Assembly: GCA_965659005.1 (NCBI GenBank)
Contig: CBFHVG010000052.1
Span: 33,423 to 97,422, forward strand
Reading direction: 5' to 3'
Source: an uncultured Balneolaceae bacterium
GTDB taxonomy: Bacteria > Bacteroidota > Rhodothermia > Balneolales > Balneolaceae
DNA: 64,000 nt
The stretch's first letter is position 1. The number at the start of each line of letters is the position of its first letter. A program made the translations under genes and the position numbers. Positions 60,544 through 64,000 of the stretch are shown one piece after another. The notes under the pieces were generated by a model. The model made no database searches and was not told where the DNA came from. It saw nothing but the letters and a program-made list of their open reading frames with translations.

Positions 60544-60862
60544 TTTCACTTTTGATGACTCAACCATAGAGCTATTAGAAGAATTATCAGATAATTACTT
60601 TAGTGGTAATAAATCTCAAACCGTTCGAGAGGCTTTAGAATCTCTAAAAGTAAATATTGGTAACAAAGGCTGGGTTATTAAGGGTTATACACCCAGACAA
60701 CTGGAGGAAGAAATTCAATGCTATACATGTGGGGAAGATCATCATGCAGGGGAAATATTATTCACACCAGTATTCGAAAAAGGCAGTGGTGTTAGGGCAA
60801 TTAATGCTTTGCCAAAAAAACCATGGGTTGAATGCGATAAGTGCGTGGATTCAGAAGACTAA
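60530..60862 (+). CDS. ribbon-helix-helix (CopG/Arc-like) protein fused to a Cys4 zinc-ribbon-like domain
   Basis: 110 aa. KRLNFTFDDSTIELLEEL...SQTVREALESL fits a beta-alpha-alpha RHH. The C-terminus carries CYTC...(37 aa)...CDKC. Overlaps the MerC gene by 14 nt. Confidence 0.55.
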   Translation: MKRLNFTFDDSTIELLEELSDNYFSGNKSQTVREALESLKVNIGNKGWVIKGYTPRQLEEEIQCYTCGEDHHAGEILFTPVFEKGSGVRAINALPKKPWVECDKCVDSED

Positions 60863-61996
60863 TAATTTGATAAGCTGTTGAATATCTAATTGATCTTTGT
60901 CCAAATCCTCAAGAAACATATTCACTTGACGAAGTGAAGCTCCCCAGGATACAGTTACACCACCTCCGCCATTTCCATAATTATGGTAAACTGGGCTATC
61001 ATTTATCTGCTCTCTTTCAATTCTTAGACCATCTAGTTTGTTTCTTATATATCGATAGCCTTTACGGAATTCTTTGTTCACAAATCCATCCAAATCGATA
61101 CCATAAAAACTTCTGATGATGTCTTTATTTAGGTTATAGATATGAGCTGACATTGATATGTCATTATCAGTTAAAATTGGAGTTATTGGTAGATCTCCTG
61201 AATACTTTCCATTGAGAATTCTCCCCGCTAAACGGCTACCACCTAAAAGAATTTGTCCAGATCGGCTATAAGCATAAACATCTTGAACCATATTATTTTG
61301 AGTGACATATAAATTTTTACCAGGTTCAAAATTGTAGGAGATATCACGTCCATTCAAGATCTTTTCATCTACTCCATCAAGAATAATGGTGTGGCCAAGG
61401 TAGACTTCATTTTCAGTATCATTGAACAATTCTACCGATCCCAGCCCACTGCAATTAAAAATATAATCGGCATCAAGATTTCTCATATCCTCTGCAGTGA
61501 GTTTTTTACGAACTACTTTGCCATTCATAGACAAATATTTATTCATGAGGAAATGAGGATAGATATTCCAGTCTGCAAATAGACAATTATATCTCCAGCC
61601 GGAGATTTCAGTACTTGTATCTAATTTAGGTACCGCGGACCAGCTATTATCAATTGGCTCGAAATGATCCATGTATTCACAGTAATCATAAGGATCTCGA
61701 TTATCTTCAAAAATCTCATAATGTGTATGGACTTTAATACCGGACTGATCTTTATCCAATAATGTCCTGAAAACTTCCTGACTATCTATGAATGAAGGTA
61801 AAATGTGAGGACCATATAGGGAGTGAGGTATGATGGAAGCTGCAGGTGATAAGCTGCCGAAAAAAGGTGGTCTGGTTGTAAAAGAATCAGTTAGAAAGAA
61901 CTCAGAAATAATCTGAGTTTTAAAACCTAAACTCTGAAGCAGAAAAGCTGTTGTAAGCCCGGAAATACCTCCACCAACTATTGAAATATTATACAC
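60851..61996 (-). CDS. FAD-dependent oxidoreductase, D-amino-acid-oxidase-like
   Basis: 381 aa. N-terminal dinucleotide fold ISIVGGGISGLTTA and C-terminal HNYGNGGGGVTVSWG, the DAAO-type signature. Confidence 0.7.
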   Translation of the reverse strand: MYNISIVGGGISGLTTAFLLQSLGFKTQIISEFFLTDSFTTRPPFFGSLSPAASIIPHSLYGPHILPSFIDSQEVFRTLLDKDQSGIKVHTHYEIFEDNRDPYDYCEYMDHFEPIDNSWSAVPKLDTSTEISGWRYNCLFADWNIYPHFLMNKYLSMNGKVVRKKLTAEDMRNLDADYIFNCSGLGSVELFNDTENEVYLGHTIILDGVDEKILNGRDISYNFEPGKNLYVTQNNMVQDVYAYSRSGQILLGGSRLAGRILNGKYSGDLPITPILTDNDISMSAHIYNLNKDIIRSFYGIDLDGFVNKEFRKGYRYIRNKLDGLRIEREQINDSPVYHNYGNGGGGVTVSWGASLRQVNMFLEDLDKDQLDIQQLIKLLVF

Positions 61997-62022
61997 TATA
62001 TTGAATCTTGATTTTACAAAAT

Positions 62023-62062
62023 AATTTAAGGTAAACTATACAATATCATGAAACCTTAAATT
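62023..62062. promoter_or_regulatory. perfect 10-bp inverted repeat in the DAO-like / lipoprotein divergent region
   Basis: AATTTAAGGT-(20 nt)-ACCTTAAATT, followed by the palindrome TTGAATATTCAA. Confidence 0.35.
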
Positions 62063-62116
62063 GAATATTCAAATTTTCTTGACTGTATTTAACGGACAAT
62101 TAAATAATCATCTACA

Positions 62117-62965
62117 GTGAGCAAGCATTACCTGCTCTATATCTTACCGCTAGTACTCTGTTTTTTCGTCATGTCCTGTAACCTTGTTACGGTTGATGAA
62201 GAACTTACAGTCTATCCCACAAAGATAGCACCATTAGATGTGAATGCCCTCCAAAAAAAGAATCAAGATTATAAAACCCTAAATAATGATCGCATTTGTT
62301 CCACATTGAATGAGTATGGTTTTACCGGGTTTAGCAGAGTCCTATTTCCAAATGGGGAAAATCCTTGTTTGAGCAGAGACATTATCAGATTAGAAATGGG
62401 AAGGGCTGATACACTTATAAACTATGCATCGTCAACGGTTAGGAAGAATGGTTTATATACAGGTGTAACTGATTCCTCCAATCTTGTTGTAAAAGAATTT
62501 GCACCTCTTTATGGTTGTACCATCTGCGAAGGGCCTGATATAAATAACGAAATCATTGAATGGAAGATCACATTTGAAGAACAACAAGCTGATGGGATAC
62601 TTGTCAGTGGAACCGAAATCACTGTTTTCATAGATGCATTCGGGGTAAACAGGATATGGGGTAACTGGTATAATGGGTTTTATAATCCTGACAGGCCTAA
62701 TGTTAGCTTTGAGGAAGCAAGGTTACTGTTATTAGGGCTTCAATTGAATTTTCAGAGTGATAACCTGAATGTGAATTTTGAAATTCAGGATGATTTCATG
62801 AGTACATCAGAAACTGTTGAAATACGATCCTATTTGAATGAAGATAATCTGGAAATAAGAAAAGGCTATGTTATTATCATTCATAATCCTGAGCTTCAGG
62901 ACCAAAAATGGGAAGCATTCATTGATGTAATGGATGGTAAGGTGCTCAACTTATCTCAATTATGA
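62117..62965 (+). CDS. hypothetical lipoprotein
   Basis: 282 aa. GTG start, lipobox FVMSC; no family recognised. Confidence 0.5.
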   Translation: MSKHYLLYILPLVLCFFVMSCNLVTVDEELTVYPTKIAPLDVNALQKKNQDYKTLNNDRICSTLNEYGFTGFSRVLFPNGENPCLSRDIIRLEMGRADTLINYASSTVRKNGLYTGVTDSSNLVVKEFAPLYGCTICEGPDINNEIIEWKITFEEQQADGILVSGTEITVFIDAFGVNRIWGNWYNGFYNPDRPNVSFEEARLLLLGLQLNFQSDNLNVNFEIQDDFMSTSETVEIRSYLNEDNLEIRKGYVIIIHNPELQDQKWEAFIDVMDGKVLNLSQL

Positions 62966-63086
62966 TAAGGGCATCAGCAAGAAAATCTTATTGAATACTT
63001 TAAATTCCAGTCTCCAGTTTGTATCCTAATTAAAACCAATACATCAGTACTTCAAAACTATTTGAAGAGATAAAATGGAATAGATC

Positions 63087-63446
63087 ATGGGGAAAAGCAT
63101 TCTCATCGTAGAAGACGATATGATTATCGGCATGGTGCTCGAGAAAATGGTACAAAGCATCGGATATAATGTTCTAGGAAAGGCAATTTCAGGAGATGAA
63201 GCCGTGTCTATGGCAAAAGATCTAAAGCCTGACATTATACTAATGGACATACGTTTAAAAGGTGAAATGGATGGTGTAGAAGCCATTAAGCTCATCCAAA
63301 AAGAAATATCCGTTTCGGTAATTTACATTACCGGAAACTCAGATAGGCACAATTTTGACAGAGTAAAAGAAACAAATTGTATTGGCTTAATTACCAAGCC
63401 TTTCACAATTGGAGAACTTTCTAAAACTCTAGAAAAAGCCCCTTAA
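63087..63446 (+). CDS. single-domain response regulator (CheY-like receiver)
   Basis: 119 aa. EDD, phospho-acceptor in ILMDIRL, ITG, and KPF motifs. No output domain. Confidence 0.9.
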   Translation: MGKSILIVEDDMIIGMVLEKMVQSIGYNVLGKAISGDEAVSMAKDLKPDIILMDIRLKGEMDGVEAIKLIQKEISVSVIYITGNSDRHNFDRVKETNCIGLITKPFTIGELSKTLEKAP

Positions 63447-63558
63447 TTTTTCTGCGAATCTTTTCGGTAAATTTACCGTAGCGATTTTAAACTTTTGCTC
63501 AGTTTATTATTGCTCAGTGTAAAACACACTTAAATTTGCTCAATGAATCAACACCGAT

Positions 63559-64000
63559 ATGTCAACAAAATTTCAAAAAAATCTTCGAAATGACCTGAAT
63601 CAATATGATTCAGATTACCGATCCGAATCCGCTTTTAGTAAAGAGCAGGAAGAAAAAGGATTTACTTTACCCAAATTCATTCTTTTAGTGGCATTTTTAT
63701 CCGTATTCGGATTTTATATTACGTCTCAGTTCTCATTCAGTGATGATGTTGCCGCACCAGTAGAAAATATTTTTTCCTCACTTGATGAACCCAGTGATGA
63801 ACTTCTAGCTGGCATGGGTTCCTGGATGACAGACATGGGTTATGGTGAACTCTCGAGAGCAGAGTTAATCGAACTTAGAAGAGCTGGAGTTACAGCTACC
63901 AATACTTCAGAACTAAGGGATCTTGGTTATACTGATTTATCGCTGGATGATCTGAAAGAATTAGGAAGAGCCAATGTAGATGCTTCATATGTAGAAGATC
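63559..64000 (+). CDS. membrane-anchored protein with tandem helical GY..LS..EL.EL...GV repeats; 3' end runs off the window
   Basis: ATG at 63559, open to the window end. One TM (FILLVAFLSVFGFYI), then MGYGELSRAELIELRRAGVTA...LGYTDLSLDDLKELGRANVDA. Confidence 0.55.
   Translation, partial: MSTKFQKNLRNDLNQYDSDYRSESAFSKEQEEKGFTLPKFILLVAFLSVFGFYITSQFSFSDDVAAPVENIFSSLDEPSDELLAGMGSWMTDMGYGELSRAELIELRRAGVTATNTSELRDLGYTDLSLDDLKELGRANVDASYVED

Noticed and set aside
63044-63295. 83-aa minus-strand ORF
   Set aside because: Antisense to the clear CheY-like receiver gene; Ser/Ile/Met-rich shadow.
1-64000. Window-wide look for CRISPR arrays, tRNA/rRNA genes, transposases, integrases, phage genes and known defence genes
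   Set aside because: No regularly spaced direct repeats, no T-loop (GGTTCGAATCC-like) motifs in a plausible tRNA context, and no ORF with recombinase, transposase, restriction, Cas or abortive-infection motifs were found. The window is best described as core chromosome with small decay scars.

Overview
AT-rich, tightly packed bacterial chromosomal segment with about 70 protein-coding genes. I recognised no rRNA or tRNA genes, no CRISPR array, and no transposase, integrase or phage genes. Gene content points to the FCB group (Bacteroidota or Balneolota/Rhodothermota-like). The lineage markers are a 2429-aa SprA T9SS translocon, a GldE-like CNNM/CBS protein directly after ssb, a relic T9SS C-terminal sorting domain, type III glutamine synthetase, LptF/LptG, a MerC-domain protein, and DUF2141/DUF3467/DUF1800 proteins. 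Most of the window is housekeeping: pyrE, pgpA-pgsA, cinA, ftsX, fur, an acyl-CoA ligase, a cysteine desulfurase, pgk, ssb, murB, purB, GSIII, a cysteine synthase, lptFG, sprA, lnt, rsmI and folE-cysS-yidD-hisI. The menaquinone pathway is split into two minus-strand blocks, menF-D-H-B and menA-C-E. I found no convincing defence island or mobile element, and nothing I can defend as a clearly new multi-gene system. The most unusual items, in rough order of interest: (1) a MerC-domain membrane protein translationally overlapped with a ribbon-helix-helix plus Cys4 zinc-ribbon protein, behind a perfect 9-4-9 palindrome; (2) a CHAD protein coupled by a TAATG overlap to a minimal Smr-domain protein; (3) three gene relics (an orphan T9SS CTD, a 3'-truncated DUF1800 ORF, an FtsX-family permease tail), two of which flank pgk; (4) a roughly 3-kb patch of uncharacterised signal-peptide proteins lying between the two men blocks; (5) a D-amino-acid-oxidase-like flavoprotein and an AGMO-like fatty-acid hydroxylase; (6) several perfect 9-11 bp inverted repeats in intergenic leaders. 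All functional calls come from reading the translated ORFs by eye for motifs. No database search was run.
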